Origin: a virus
Taxonomy: Duplodnaviria > Caudoviricetes
Strand: one strand, 5' to 3'
Virus record (IMG/VR): IMGVR_UViG_3300025009_000122
Span: 1 to 57,942 of that record
DNA: 57,942 nucleotides
Within the stretch, counting starts at the first letter, position 1. Each line of letters starts with the position of its first letter. A model generated the notes under the pieces. The model made no database searches. It worked only from the letters and a program-made list of their open reading frames with translations, and had not been told where the DNA came from. The position numbers were made by a program, and so were the translations under genes. Below are positions 37,459 through 48,800 of the stretch, piece by piece.

Positions 37459-39241
37459 ACCATTCCTAATCGCCAATCTTCGGCACGGGCTTGAGGAAAA
37501 CCTTCAGCCGTGGCTGATCCCTCAAGATGCCTGGGCATCGATGACGAATTGTTTCCTTCGAAGGGGTGTCCTTTGCAAGCGAAACGGGAGGGTTCTTTTT
37601 GGAAAATTCGTCCATGCCGTAGCGAGCGAGGCGATAGGGCTCGCCGGAACCGATAATTACACCGGGACGCTGGCAAACTTTCCGCTCAGGATCGGGGATC
37701 TTTCGTTCACGGACGGGACGCTTCTTATCGAGGATGATGGCGACGGGACTTTATCGGGGGACGGGACCGGGACCATCGATTACGAGACCGGCGATTACGA
37801 TGTCACCTTTTCAGGGAACACCACCGGGGCCGTTACCGCCGACTATGATTATTATCCTGGGCTTTCGATCGTCGGGATTGAAAGTTACTGGAACACCTCG
37901 ACCGGCGAAACGGACCTTATGGTTTTCGATAAGCTCCGGGCCTGCAAGTACGATCCTGCGAACGAAAAATTGGAAGACGTGCTCGGGGCTGACGAGTGGA
38001 CCGGAGGCGACTTTGATTACATCTGGGGGTGTAACGCGAGAAACCGGCTTTATGTGACGAACAACGTAGACCCGGTAAAATATTGGGACGGGACGAATTT
38101 CGCGGACCTTCTCATGGATATCGATGGAGACGCGGCGAGTGATGTCGATGCCTGCCGCCTGATGTTTTCCCTGAAGGAAAGAATAATCGCGCTGAGAACG
38201 ACCGAAAATGGAACGCTTTACCCGCAGCGCGCCAGGTGGCCGAAAGCCGAGGATCACGACGACTGGACAAATGACGGGTATGTTGACGCGCCTACGCAAG
38301 ACTGGATCATGGCGGCCGACTTTATCGGGGATGATCTGGTTGTCTTCTTTACGAATTCGACATGGAGATTGAGGTACACCGGGGATGCCGCGCTTCCCTT
38401 CAGGTGGGAGCAAATCGATTCTTCGTTAGGGTGTTACGCCACTTTTTCAGGCTTTAATTATTCCGATGTAATGGCGTGCATCGGCGGGACGAACATACTC
38501 GAAACCGATAATCTTAAAGTTTACGAGATCGATCAAAAAATTCCGGATGCGGTTGCGAAAATAGACCCGCAGCAGTTCGATAAAATCTATTCGATTCCGA
38601 TCACTGAACTTCAACAGGTGATCGTTTCTTACCCTGAGTCTTCTGGCACGAAGAACGAAAAGTCTCTTTGCTACAACACGGATGATAAATCGTGGGCAAG
38701 GTTCGATTTCGGATTCAATACCTACGGGTTTTATAAAGAAGGGGAAACAGGTCTGACGCTGGATGAAATCGATTCGACGTGGGATGAGCTTGAAATCGCG
38801 TGGGATGACAATACAAGGCAAGCCGGGTATCCGGTTACGCTCGCCGGGGATACTGAAGGAAACGTCTGGAAGATCAACTTCGGCGCCGACGATGCTGGGG
38901 GCGGCATTAATTTCGAGGCGGTTTCAGGAAGGTGGAACCCTTATTTGAAGGAAAGCAAGAAGGCAAGGTTCGGGTGGATCAAGTTCCTTGTCGATCGCGA
39001 TCCTTACATAACCATGCTTGTCGATTTTTACGCGCATATCGACGGAAAGGAAACGCTCATTGCGACCGAAACCGTAGTTTTCGGGGAGGGAGAAGAGAGC
39101 GCCGAAAAGGTTTGGGTGCGGGCGGATAATGGTGCAGTCGGGGATTTTCATAGAATTCGCCTTCGGAATAACGAGGCGAACCAGACCATTCGCATCCACG
39201 CCATGATGATTTACATGAAGCGGGCCGGGAGCATGAAATGA
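37448..39241 (+). CDS. tail nozzle / DNA stabilization protein (P22 gp10, tubular B-like)
   Basis: 597 aa, beta-propeller-like Trp/Asp pattern, position. Confidence 0.7.
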   Translation: MAYEPFLIANLRHGLEENLQPWLIPQDAWASMTNCFLRRGVLCKRNGRVLFGKFVHAVASEAIGLAGTDNYTGTLANFPLRIGDLSFTDGTLLIEDDGDGTLSGDGTGTIDYETGDYDVTFSGNTTGAVTADYDYYPGLSIVGIESYWNTSTGETDLMVFDKLRACKYDPANEKLEDVLGADEWTGGDFDYIWGCNARNRLYVTNNVDPVKYWDGTNFADLLMDIDGDAASDVDACRLMFSLKERIIALRTTENGTLYPQRARWPKAEDHDDWTNDGYVDAPTQDWIMAADFIGDDLVVFFTNSTWRLRYTGDAALPFRWEQIDSSLGCYATFSGFNYSDVMACIGGTNILETDNLKVYEIDQKIPDAVAKIDPQQFDKIYSIPITELQQVIVSYPESSGTKNEKSLCYNTDDKSWARFDFGFNTYGFYKEGETGLTLDEIDSTWDELEIAWDDNTRQAGYPVTLAGDTEGNVWKINFGADDAGGGINFEAVSGRWNPYLKESKKARFGWIKFLVDRDPYITMLVDFYAHIDGKETLIATETVVFGEGEESAEKVWVRADNGAVGDFHRIRLRNNEANQTIRIHAMMIYMKRAGSMK

Positions 39242-39846
39242 GCCTTCCCCCGTCCTTTTCTCTGCCCTGGAAGCCGGAGGATCTCGCGATTCTCGCGAAG
39301 GCCGGCCACCAGATGAACCCGGCGCAGGTCGAGTATTTCAAGCAGCTCATCAAGGCGCTCGGCGCGATGTATTCCGATATCTCGAATGCCGTGAACCTCA
39401 TCATAAAAGAGATCGCTGCGCTCGATCATGGGGCGAGTCTGGCGGGGCTCGGGGATGATGATCACGCGCACTATTTTAATGAGACGCGGGGGGACGCGAG
39501 ATATCAGAAGATTGCTCAGGGTGCCTGGATCGAGCCGACGCTTCTTAATTCGTGGGTGAACTATGACGCCTCGTGGAGTCCTGCGGGGTATTACAAGGAT
39601 ACCGCGGGAACGGTCCACGTTAAAGGCGTAATCAAAGACGGAACATACACTCAGGCAGCATTTTTATTGCCGGCAGGGTATCGACCTGCCGTAAACGACA
39701 TATACCCGTGTGCGAGCTGGAACGGGGTTACAAGTGTCGCCGGGTTTGCCCTTGTCTATGCGGACGGGAATGTCGTTCCGTGGCATGGAGTTACGGGCGC
39801 CGGCACATGGTTCTCCTTCGGACGAATTTCTTTCGAGGCGGCATGA
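39238..39846 (+). CDS. tail needle-like structural protein
   Basis: LAGLGDDDHAHY; C-terminal LLNSWVNY..G.VH.KG..LPAGYRP knob. Confidence 0.6.
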   Translation: MSLPPSFSLPWKPEDLAILAKAGHQMNPAQVEYFKQLIKALGAMYSDISNAVNLIIKEIAALDHGASLAGLGDDDHAHYFNETRGDARYQKIAQGAWIEPTLLNSWVNYDASWSPAGYYKDTAGTVHVKGVIKDGTYTQAAFLLPAGYRPAVNDIYPCASWNGVTSVAGFALVYADGNVVPWHGVTGAGTWFSFGRISFEAA

Positions 39847-40259
39847 AACCAAAAGGAACGTGTCTCCGGTTCGTAAAGGTAAAGGACATTCACCTGATCC
39901 CGCGGTATCTTTTCGAACAGGTGAAACCGAGGGACTTCAATATCGATAAGCTTTACGAGTGGGCGCCGATCCTCTTGGCGAACCCGATGAACCTTTTGGG
40001 CGCCTTCATAGACCGGTCCGAAACCATACGGGGGGTTATGTGGAGCGACTTTAACCCGATCACCGAAAAAATCACAGTTCACATTCTTTCGGTAGACAAG
40101 GAATATTTCGGGTCGGGGATTTTAAAGGAAGCCGACGGGATCGTGTGTAAATTCAAAAAGAAGCTTAATGCGAAAGGGATTTTGGTTACAACAACCAGGT
40201 CGAAGGCCCTTGAAAAAATAGGGTATACAAAAACGCAAACCCTTATGGAAAAAGTTTGA
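39843..40259 (+). CDS. GNAT-like virion assembly protein
   Basis: LSVDKEYFGSGIL..LEKIGY; position before ejection genes. Confidence 0.55.
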   Translation: MKPKGTCLRFVKVKDIHLIPRYLFEQVKPRDFNIDKLYEWAPILLANPMNLLGAFIDRSETIRGVMWSDFNPITEKITVHILSVDKEYFGSGILKEADGIVCKFKKKLNAKGILVTTTRSKALEKIGYTKTQTLMEKV

Positions 40260-40540
40260 TGTGGAGCAGCCGAACGGTAATGCAAAAATGGCTTTGGATT
40301 TGGTGCGCCCGACTCGATACCCCGTGGCTCCCCTATTCGGCCATAAAGAGCATTTTGAAAGAGTTCAGGGATATTGAGCTTCAAATTTCACAATCCGAAA
40401 CAATAGTCGGGTGGGTTGGGGCAAGCAAAATAACAGATCCGAAAGCGTTGGTGTGGTGGGCGAAATGCGGCGGGATACCGTTTGAGCTGAACATAAGGGA
40501 AAAGAAACTCTGGTTCAGAAAGGAAATAAGGCATGTGTGA
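40256..40540 (+). CDS. hypothetical protein
   Basis: Overlaps both neighbours. Confidence 0.45.
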   Translation: MMWSSRTVMQKWLWIWCARLDTPWLPYSAIKSILKEFRDIELQISQSETIVGWVGASKITDPKALVWWAKCGGIPFELNIREKKLWFRKEIRHV

Positions 40541-41936
40541 CGGCGAAGGCGATGGGCCTGGAAGCGGAGTTACTGGACCCGGCGGGATGGGGACAATGGG
40601 AGGCATATCCCCTGATGTCGCTGTAGACACATCAAGCATAGGGATGTCCACGGCAGATTCCACCGGCATGGGGATAATTGGCGAACTCGCTACGGCCGTT
40701 GTTAGCGCGTTAGCGGCGGCGGCAGCTACAGGGTTGACCGGCTCCCCGATTGCCGGGGGGCTTGCCGGGAAAGGCGTCAGCGCAGCGATAAATGCACTCT
40801 CGCAAACCTCTGTCGGGCAATCTGTCGTAGACGGCATTATGAGCGGGAACCTGGCACAGGATGATGCTGCGGCTGCGGTGGCTTCCGCGATGCAGTCAGG
40901 CGATATCGATGTCGGCGCTGCAACCAATTTTGTTGGAGGGACAACAGCGATGGGAAAAGATTCCGGTAATTGGCTGACGGGAAAGACGACGGCGCCGAGC
41001 GCAACCTCTTTATCCACCATGACCCCGGAGCAGAGCGCTCTCTTAAAGCAGCTTAACGAGCTTTTGGGTGGCAAGACCGGCGAAGGGGGCGAGTTTATAC
41101 CCGGCCAGCTCGGGCAGGGCGTTCCGGCCTACGAAGGAAAATTGACTGCCGGGCCGACCGGGATGGAAGAAAAGGGGTGGGGCGCAATCAGCAGTCTGTT
41201 GTCCGGGCCTCAGCAAAGCGCCACTTCTAAAACGGCGATCGACAAAATACTTCAGGGAACCGCTCAAGGGGTTCAAAAGTATGATGTCGGGGAGTTCGAC
41301 CCGGCAGCGATTCAATCATGGTATCAGGACGCCCTCGTAAAACCCGCGATGGATACGTGGGAAAAGTCGGTCGTCCCGCAGATACAGGAAAAATTCATCG
41401 GGCAGAACGCGGGCTCATCTGGTGCCGCGAACCGGGCGATCTCGGGCTCCGCAGAAGATATGATGAGCAACCTCAACGCGCAGCTTGCAACAGCCCTTTA
41501 CGGCGAGAAGGGGGCGTTCGATACAAGGAAATTCACCTCCGAAACCGACTACATCAAGAACCTCTTTTCGGCCGGCCAGAATGACGCAACCCGGGCCGCG
41601 CAGGTTCCGGTGATGGAAAATGCCTCGATGGAAAATTTCATGAAGGCTATTGGCCTCGGGACTTCTGCGGGGGCGACGGAAAGAGGAATTGAGCAGCAGG
41701 GATTGAACGAGGAATACATGAAATGGCTTTCCTCACAGGGGTATAGTAACCCATATCTGTCATTGTTAAGTTCAGCTCTCGGGCAAAGGGCGTCTGAAAA
41801 CGTAGTCAATCCGGGAAGCCAGCAGTCGGGTATTTTACAGGACGTGCTTGCGCCTGCGTTCGGAAGCTACATGGGGAGTGAATCTGGCTCTGAGGCGATC
41901 ACGAATCTTTTCTCAAAGCTTTTCTCGGAGGGGTAA
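40533..41936 (+). CDS. probable ejection (DNA transfer) protein
   Basis: MC start, Gly/Ala/Ser-rich with a hydrophobic stretch, podovirus position. Confidence 0.65.
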   Translation: MCDGEGDGPGSGVTGPGGMGTMGGISPDVAVDTSSIGMSTADSTGMGIIGELATAVVSALAAAAATGLTGSPIAGGLAGKGVSAAINALSQTSVGQSVVDGIMSGNLAQDDAAAAVASAMQSGDIDVGAATNFVGGTTAMGKDSGNWLTGKTTAPSATSLSTMTPEQSALLKQLNELLGGKTGEGGEFIPGQLGQGVPAYEGKLTAGPTGMEEKGWGAISSLLSGPQQSATSKTAIDKILQGTAQGVQKYDVGEFDPAAIQSWYQDALVKPAMDTWEKSVVPQIQEKFIGQNAGSSGAANRAISGSAEDMMSNLNAQLATALYGEKGAFDTRKFTSETDYIKNLFSAGQNDATRAAQVPVMENASMENFMKAIGLGTSAGATERGIEQQGLNEEYMKWLSSQGYSNPYLSLLSSALGQRASENVVNPGSQQSGILQDVLAPAFGSYMGSESGSEAITNLFSKLFSEG

Positions 41937-41939
41937 AAA

Positions 41940-42872
41940 ATGGCGATCATGCTACCGTTTATCCAAAAAGATTCTTTTGGAGGCCCCGCTGGTTCGACGC
42001 AGAACGCCGTCCAGATGATCCTTCAGGGAGTCATGCAGGGGATGGAGAAAAGGAAGCAGGCCGAACAGGAAAGGCTTCTTTCCCAAAAGTTCGCAGCTCC
42101 CGAAGCGCAAAGGAACATGCAGGCGCTCTACCCTGATCTTGCGATCGATACGTCTCGGGGTGAGGTAAACGGCGCCGCCCCCGCGCCTTCCGATCCATCG
42201 CAGTTCATGGACTGGATCCTTTCCGACCCGAAGCTTACCCAAAGATCAAAGGAGCAAGCGCTCGGGATCATGGGGGTAAAGAGCAAGCTCGATCTTGAGA
42301 AGGCTCAGGCCGAAAGATACCGGACGAAGGATGTAAAGGAAGAGAAGAATTACGAGGTCGAGCTTTACAAGGACGGGAAACCCGCCGGTAAAAAACTCGT
42401 TCCAGCGTCAAAATATAACGCCTTTGTCGAGTCGGCGCAGGCGGCGGGCTATGACGTTCAGAAGCCCGAGAAAGAAGAAAAGCCAGCCTATGACACGGTG
42501 TGGGCATACAAGCCCGGAGATCCCGATTCGTGGACGCCCGTTGAATACAAAAAGGGCGAACAGGACGGCGTGATTAAAAAACTTCAAAAAGAGGGCTTCA
42601 GGTTCAGGAGCTCAGCGCCGTCAGAGAAAGAGTCGGGTGATTATCTCACCGATAAAGCAAAGCTTGTCGATGACACAAGGGGCTTTTACCAAGCCAAAAT
42701 GAATCAATTCATGGACCCCTTTGCAAAAATAGTCATGGACAAGGATGGGTACGACGCTGCGTATAAAGAGATGCAGGGCGATATGGTCAGGATCGCCAAG
42801 GGCGAAACGCCGAAATGGTTGCAACAACAGAGCAACCTTCCCCCCTTACCTTCTGGCTTCAGGATGGATTGA
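41940..42872 (+). CDS. probable ejection protein
   Basis: Charged helical protein ending LPPLPSGFRMD, between ejection genes. Confidence 0.6.
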   Translation: MAIMLPFIQKDSFGGPAGSTQNAVQMILQGVMQGMEKRKQAEQERLLSQKFAAPEAQRNMQALYPDLAIDTSRGEVNGAAPAPSDPSQFMDWILSDPKLTQRSKEQALGIMGVKSKLDLEKAQAERYRTKDVKEEKNYEVELYKDGKPAGKKLVPASKYNAFVESAQAAGYDVQKPEKEEKPAYDTVWAYKPGDPDSWTPVEYKKGEQDGVIKKLQKEGFRFRSSAPSEKESGDYLTDKAKLVDDTRGFYQAKMNQFMDPFAKIVMDKDGYDAAYKEMQGDMVRIAKGETPKWLQQQSNLPPLPSGFRMD

Positions 42873-42875
42873 TAT

Positions 42876-45800
42876 ATGCCGACGGCGACGAATCCGATAA
42901 CCGGTCAAAGGCTGGTGCTCTCGGGCGGGAAGTGGCTCGCCTATAACGAGGACGAGTTCAAGAATTGGTATGCCGGGACTTCTCAAAGGATGGGGCTTTC
43001 CCACGACCCGGACGACCCGGAGCACCATTACGACTACCGGGCCGCGTTCGTTTCGGGCGCGATGCCGGGGGAAGACAACCACTGGCCGAGCGAGTTCAAG
43101 GGGCCGAAGCACCCGAACCGGTACGTTGACGGAATCGATACGATCACCGGGCAGCCGGCGAAGACCGCAACGAACCCGGAGACCGGGGAAAAGCTCGTTC
43201 TCCATGAGGGGTTGAATCAGTGGATGCCGATCAATAAAGCGGCGCCGAAGCCCGAAGAAGCTCCGGAGCCTGGAGTATTCGGGTCGGCGGGGCGAGGGTT
43301 TGCGGCGGGGGTCTTGGGGATACCGGAAAGCGTTGGGACCGGGATCCAGTATCTTGGGGAGCGATTGAAGGGGCAGGCTATTCCTCCTGAAACGGATCCA
43401 AAAAAATCCTATGCTTCGATGAGCGATAATCTTCGCGGCAAAGTCCTCATGCGGATGGACGAGCTCAGAAAGCAGAACGTCGACAAGACCGAAGCCTTTA
43501 ATCAGGCTGTTTCAGAAACCATTTCCGCAGATTCCGCTTCCCGTCAAAAAATTGGCGGCACGGTGAGCGAATTCGGAAAGACGGCATCCGATTATTACGC
43601 CAAAAAAGGGGAGCGGTTCGAGCCGCCTGCCAGCATCAAGGGGAAAAACGTATGGGATAACCCGGGCCTTCTCAAGAGTCCTACGTGGTGGGCCTATAAC
43701 ACCTCTCAGATGCTTCCCTCCCTGATGGCGACTTACATTCCGGGGCTCGGGACGGCTTCCGTTCTTACCAAACTGAATGTGACGGCGAATGCGGCGAAGA
43801 TCGGGGCGGCGCTTGTCGGCGGTATGGCGGGGGGCGCCCTCGAAGGATCGAGCACGTACAAAGACGTTTTAAAGAACGGCGGAACAGAAGAAGAAGCGGC
43901 GAGGGCCGCCGAACTCATGGCGCTCGCATCGGCCGGTCTCAACGCCCTTTCGACCCGAAAGCTGCTTGATAAAGCCGGGCAAGGTTTTCTCGGGAAGCTC
44001 AAAAAGGCCGGAATCAACTTTGTGACGGAAGGAAGCACTGAAGGCGCCGAAGAGCCCGCCGATGTCGCGTCAAGGCTTGCGGCGAAACTCATTACCGGGC
44101 AATCCCTTCCGGAGAATATCGGGGGTCTTTTCGTCGAATCGCTGAAAGAAGCGGCGACGGTGTTTCCGATCGCAGGCGTCACCGGTGCCGGAGCCTCCGT
44201 AATGGGGAGAAGCGAGAAGGCCCAAAAAGCGCCGGAGGCAGCCGACAAGACGCAATGGATAGACACCAGGGATCAGCGCTATCTTGACCAGATGAGGGCG
44301 GACCTTCGGAGCGGAAAGCTTTCTCTCGAAGAAGCAATCGCGAGAAGATCCAGAGAGCCAGCGCATCTTGGTGTCGATATCGATAAGATCCTCACCGAAG
44401 AAGCGAATGTTTCAGAGGAGAACCTTTTTCCCGGCCAGACCCCGGAAGAACAAAAGGAGATCGAAGCCGACATCAAGCGGCAGAGAGAGAAAAAGGCCGC
44501 TCCCGACAAGGCAATGGAAGCGGCGAAGAAAAGACAGTCCGAGATCGACCGGATCTCCCGTGAAGAAATAGAGTCCGAAGAAGTCGAGAGACAAGACGCG
44601 CTGAAGGGATATGGTCTTTCAAGAAGCGGCGACGTCCCGGGGCAAGGCGTCGATATAGGCCAGCAAAACAGAGAGCTTTTAAGGCGCGGCATTATGCCGG
44701 AACAGGAGAAAGGCGCGGTCAAAGGGCTTGAGCCAGTTCCATCAAAGGCGATCCGGCTTCCAATGGAGGGGAGGCTTATCGGGGTAGTTGAAAGACCGTC
44801 TCCCCCTAAGGCCCTCCCGCCCGGCGAGAGCCGACCGGTTGCAGCTCTGCCGTGGCAAGACTTTGAGGTCGTTGGAGACCGCCCTCGCGGTATGGAGCTT
44901 GTTCCGTCAAAGGCGATCAGAATGCCTGCCCCGCTGCCAGAAATCACCATCGACGGGAAAGAATACAGGAAGACCGGAGAGGCCAAGGTAAGCGGCGAAA
45001 CGGTGGGCCGGTGGGAGACGAAAGGGAAAGAGGGGTGGACTGCGATCAAGAACGTCGAGAGGCTGAAGAAGCTCGACGAAGAGAAGGCGGTGCAATGGGA
45101 AGCCGAGGGGGAGGTAAAGCCGAAAGTTCACGATTACAGCAGCACGCAAATCAATCTCCCCGAGCTGGAAGCCGAGAGCATCCGCAGATTCGCGGCGAAG
45201 ATCCCCGAAAAGGAAATCTATACGGCGCCAGATGACAACTACGGCCGGGAGGCAGAGCCGCATGTCACCGTCAGATACGGCATGGAAACGCTCGACCCGG
45301 GCGAGATCGCTCCCGCCTTCGAGGGTATGGGTCCGATCAAGGCGAAGATGGGGAAAGTCTCGATTTTCGAATCCGACAAGTACGATGTGGTAAAAGTCGA
45401 TATCGAAAGTGACGATCTTCGGTCTGCAAATAAAAGAGTGGGTGAAACCGTCGATCTTCCCGGAGAGACGTTCAAGGACTACAAGCCTCACGCGACCATC
45501 GCCTATGTAAAGAAGGGCGAAGGAAAGAAATATGTCGGGAATGCTGCTTTCGAGGGGAAAGAAATAACCATAGATGAGATCGTGCTATCGGCCAAAGACG
45601 GCAAGATGCACAAGATCAAGCTCTCCCCCAAGCCCGAAGCCGAACCGGAAGCCAAGTCCGAAATCATCAAGGTCCGGGACGTTTACGGCCAATCCCGCTA
45701 CGTGAACAAGGCCGATCTCGACAGCGGAAAAGACAGGCTCAGTGTCTATAACCCCGACGGGTCAAAGAAGGACGGAAGGATGCTTCTTCGGGATAACATC

Positions 45801-48800
45801 GATATCGACGGGAGCAAACAGAAAGCCCGCAACGCCGAAGCCGGAACCCCGGATCTCGTTTTCCGGGAAGATGAAAAAGGAAACTATTCCTTTGGCTCAA
45901 GGGCGGCGGCACAAAGAGAACTGAACCGGCGCGGTCTTGAAGAAACTCACGAAGTCGTCAACGCCAAGGATGAAGGTTTCCAGGCCGGTTTCATCGGGAA
46001 GCGAAAGGGAGAGAAGCCCGAAGCCAAGAAGGAGGCTCCGAAGGAAGAAGCCAAGGCCCCCGCAGAAGTCGAAGAAACCGGCGAGATCATCGCGATCGAA
46101 ACCATGCGGGATGGAAATAAATATGAATACCGCGTGGGAAGGATTCCCCCTGAAGAACGAAGGGCGTCTCCACAACTGACACACCGGATCGAAATGCGAA
46201 CGGTCGGCGGTTCGGGCAAATGGGAAACCGCCGGGCATGGCTCTCAGCTGAACGAAGCAAGGGCGATTGAAAGGTTTGCCGAAAGAATCGCGGAAGCAGA
46301 GGCAACCAGGGACTTTGAATTCAAAAACCAGACGCTCAAAGAAAAGGCCGAAGCCGAAAGAGCGCGGATCGAAGAAAAAGAAAAGGCTGAAGAAAAAATA
46401 GCATCGGATCTCGCTGAAAAGAGGGAGAAGGAACAGGCAGAGCTTTACGCCAACGAAGAACAGATCAAAGCAACAATGGAAGGCATTTCCTTCAAGCGGA
46501 AAATGATTTCTATCGCCCAAAAGAACGCGGAAGGCAACAAAAAGCGGGAAGACGTTTCAGCTTTTGTAATCGGCGACTACGGATACCGCAAAGAGGAAAA
46601 GACCTATACCATAACCCACATCCCGAGCGGGATGGCCGCAGTATCGGACCTTGAGTTAAAAGAAGCAAGGGAATTGACATACCGGCTGTCGTTGTCTTCT
46701 GGAAAATGGGACGGCAAGGGCAAGCTTTCGGAAGAATTTAAAGAGGCAGGCGCAAGGGTTCTCCGACAGTTTCGGGAAAGAAAGCCGATTCAAGAGGCTC
46801 CCCCCAAAAAAGAGGAGAAGGCTCCGGAGAAAGCTGAAAGCCCGGATGGAGCCGAAACCCTCATTCCCTTCTCGCCTTCAGACCTTTCGCTCCAAGCTGC
46901 GCAAGCCGCGCACAGAGGCACAAGCTGGACGCCTGACGAAAGAGGCAAGCAAGAGCAGCAGGGGTATTTCGACGCGATCAAGAGCGTCCATGACGACATC
47001 GCAAAAGACATAACCCCTGAGCAGAGAGAACGAGCCGCCGAAGAGTTGACCCGGTTCAAAGAATCGTATCTTCGAAAATACATGGAGGTGCTTTCTTCTC
47101 GTTCCAGAGTAATGAGCACCATGATAGCGGGGGGCTCTAACTTTCCGTCGCGGAGCAACCAAAAGAAGGGCGATACCGCCGATAAAAAAATGAAGGAGTT
47201 TTTCGAGTGGCGGGACCGGGCCGTAAAAGCCATACGTAAGAATCTCGGGCTTGACGGGGGGAGTGCCATTTCGAGCGATGATGCCGATGCCGTAGAAAAA
47301 ATCGATGATAAGATTCAAAAACTTGAGGAGCGGCAGGAGTTGATGAAGAAGGTCAACGCCGCCTATCGGAACTTTCTCAAAAAACCCGAATCGCTCGAAA
47401 CGGCAGATATCCCCGATCAATACAAGAACGTCATCCGCAAGTTTGAACCAGATCCGCTTGTCGAAAAGCCTTTTCCATCTTTCGAGCTTACGAACAATGC
47501 GGCGAACATCCGAAGACTGAAAGAACGCTCGGGGCAGATCGAGAAAGCAAGGGGAGACGAAACCGCCGAGTTCGAAGCGAACGGAATCACCGTCACCGAC
47601 AGCGTAGAGGATAACCGGGTTCAGATTACATTCCCTGGAAAGCCGGATGCCGAAACGATAAAGAGGCTCAAGGGTGGCGCGTTCAAGTGGGCTCCCTCTC
47701 TTGGGGTGTGGCAACGGATGAGATCGCCAGCCGCTTTGCAGATTGCAAAGGACATTGCCGGAGTCGAGTCCTCCCCCCTTTACAGCACCCTATCCCCCGA
47801 TGTAAGAAGAGGAGTGGACTCTAAAACGGGGCAGGGCATACCCACTCCGAAAACCCCCGAGAGCCCGAGGAGTGGGGCAGCAATTCCGAAGTCATTCTTG
47901 GAGCATGGCGATATCAACAAGGATGGCGATTTAACCATTTACCATGCTTCCCGAGAGGCTTGGGAAGGCCCCTTTGATTTCGGGAAAGTGGGGCAACGTG
48001 GCGCTACCCAAGGATGGGGGGCGTATTTAGCCACAAACGTAAAAGATGCTAAAAAGTTCGGCAAGAACATCAAAAAGATCACGCTTTCCCCTGAAGACCA
48101 AGGGAAGTTTCTGGACGGGTCTGCCAGCCTCGAAAACCAAACCCCCTATGTTCGCGAAGCGCTTAAAGACATAACAGCCTCAATCAAAAGCCCTAAAGAT
48201 GACGACGTAATTCAAAATGCAGCCGGGTGGGTAAAAAAGAATGAGCAGATGTATCTGGGCGATCCGGTCTTTAAGCAGATCGCAGACCTGCGATGGAAGC
48301 CGAAAGCGCTTGTTGAATATCTTCAAACAGTAGAGCCGCCATCAAGAAGGGAAAGCATTACTAGGGAGATTGTCGGTCAAGTAAACATGACGGGCGATCA
48401 GCTTTATTCGTTCCTTGTAAACGAGAAATGGGGGAACGAAAGAAAGGCATCCCAGGCGTTGCGCGACAGGGGTATTCCCGGCATTATCACCGGCAGATCC
48501 GACCTCCACACGGTAACCGGATCTCCAACGGTTGTGCTTTGGGATGAGGATTACCTGAGTTTTAATCCATCCCCCCCGGCGAAGAGTGCCGGGCAGTATT
48601 CCACCGCCCCCCGCTCCTTCTCCACCCTCTCCCCCATAGACATCCGGGAGATTTTCGCAAAGCTCGGACAAGATTCGACCTTAAACGAAGATGGTTCAAT
48701 CACCGTCCAAACCAAAGGCGGGTGGAGCTTCAGCGTAAATCAGGTCGAAGAGATCGAGCCGGATCAAATCGCCTTCCAGCTTGCCTACGGTCGCCAGTAC

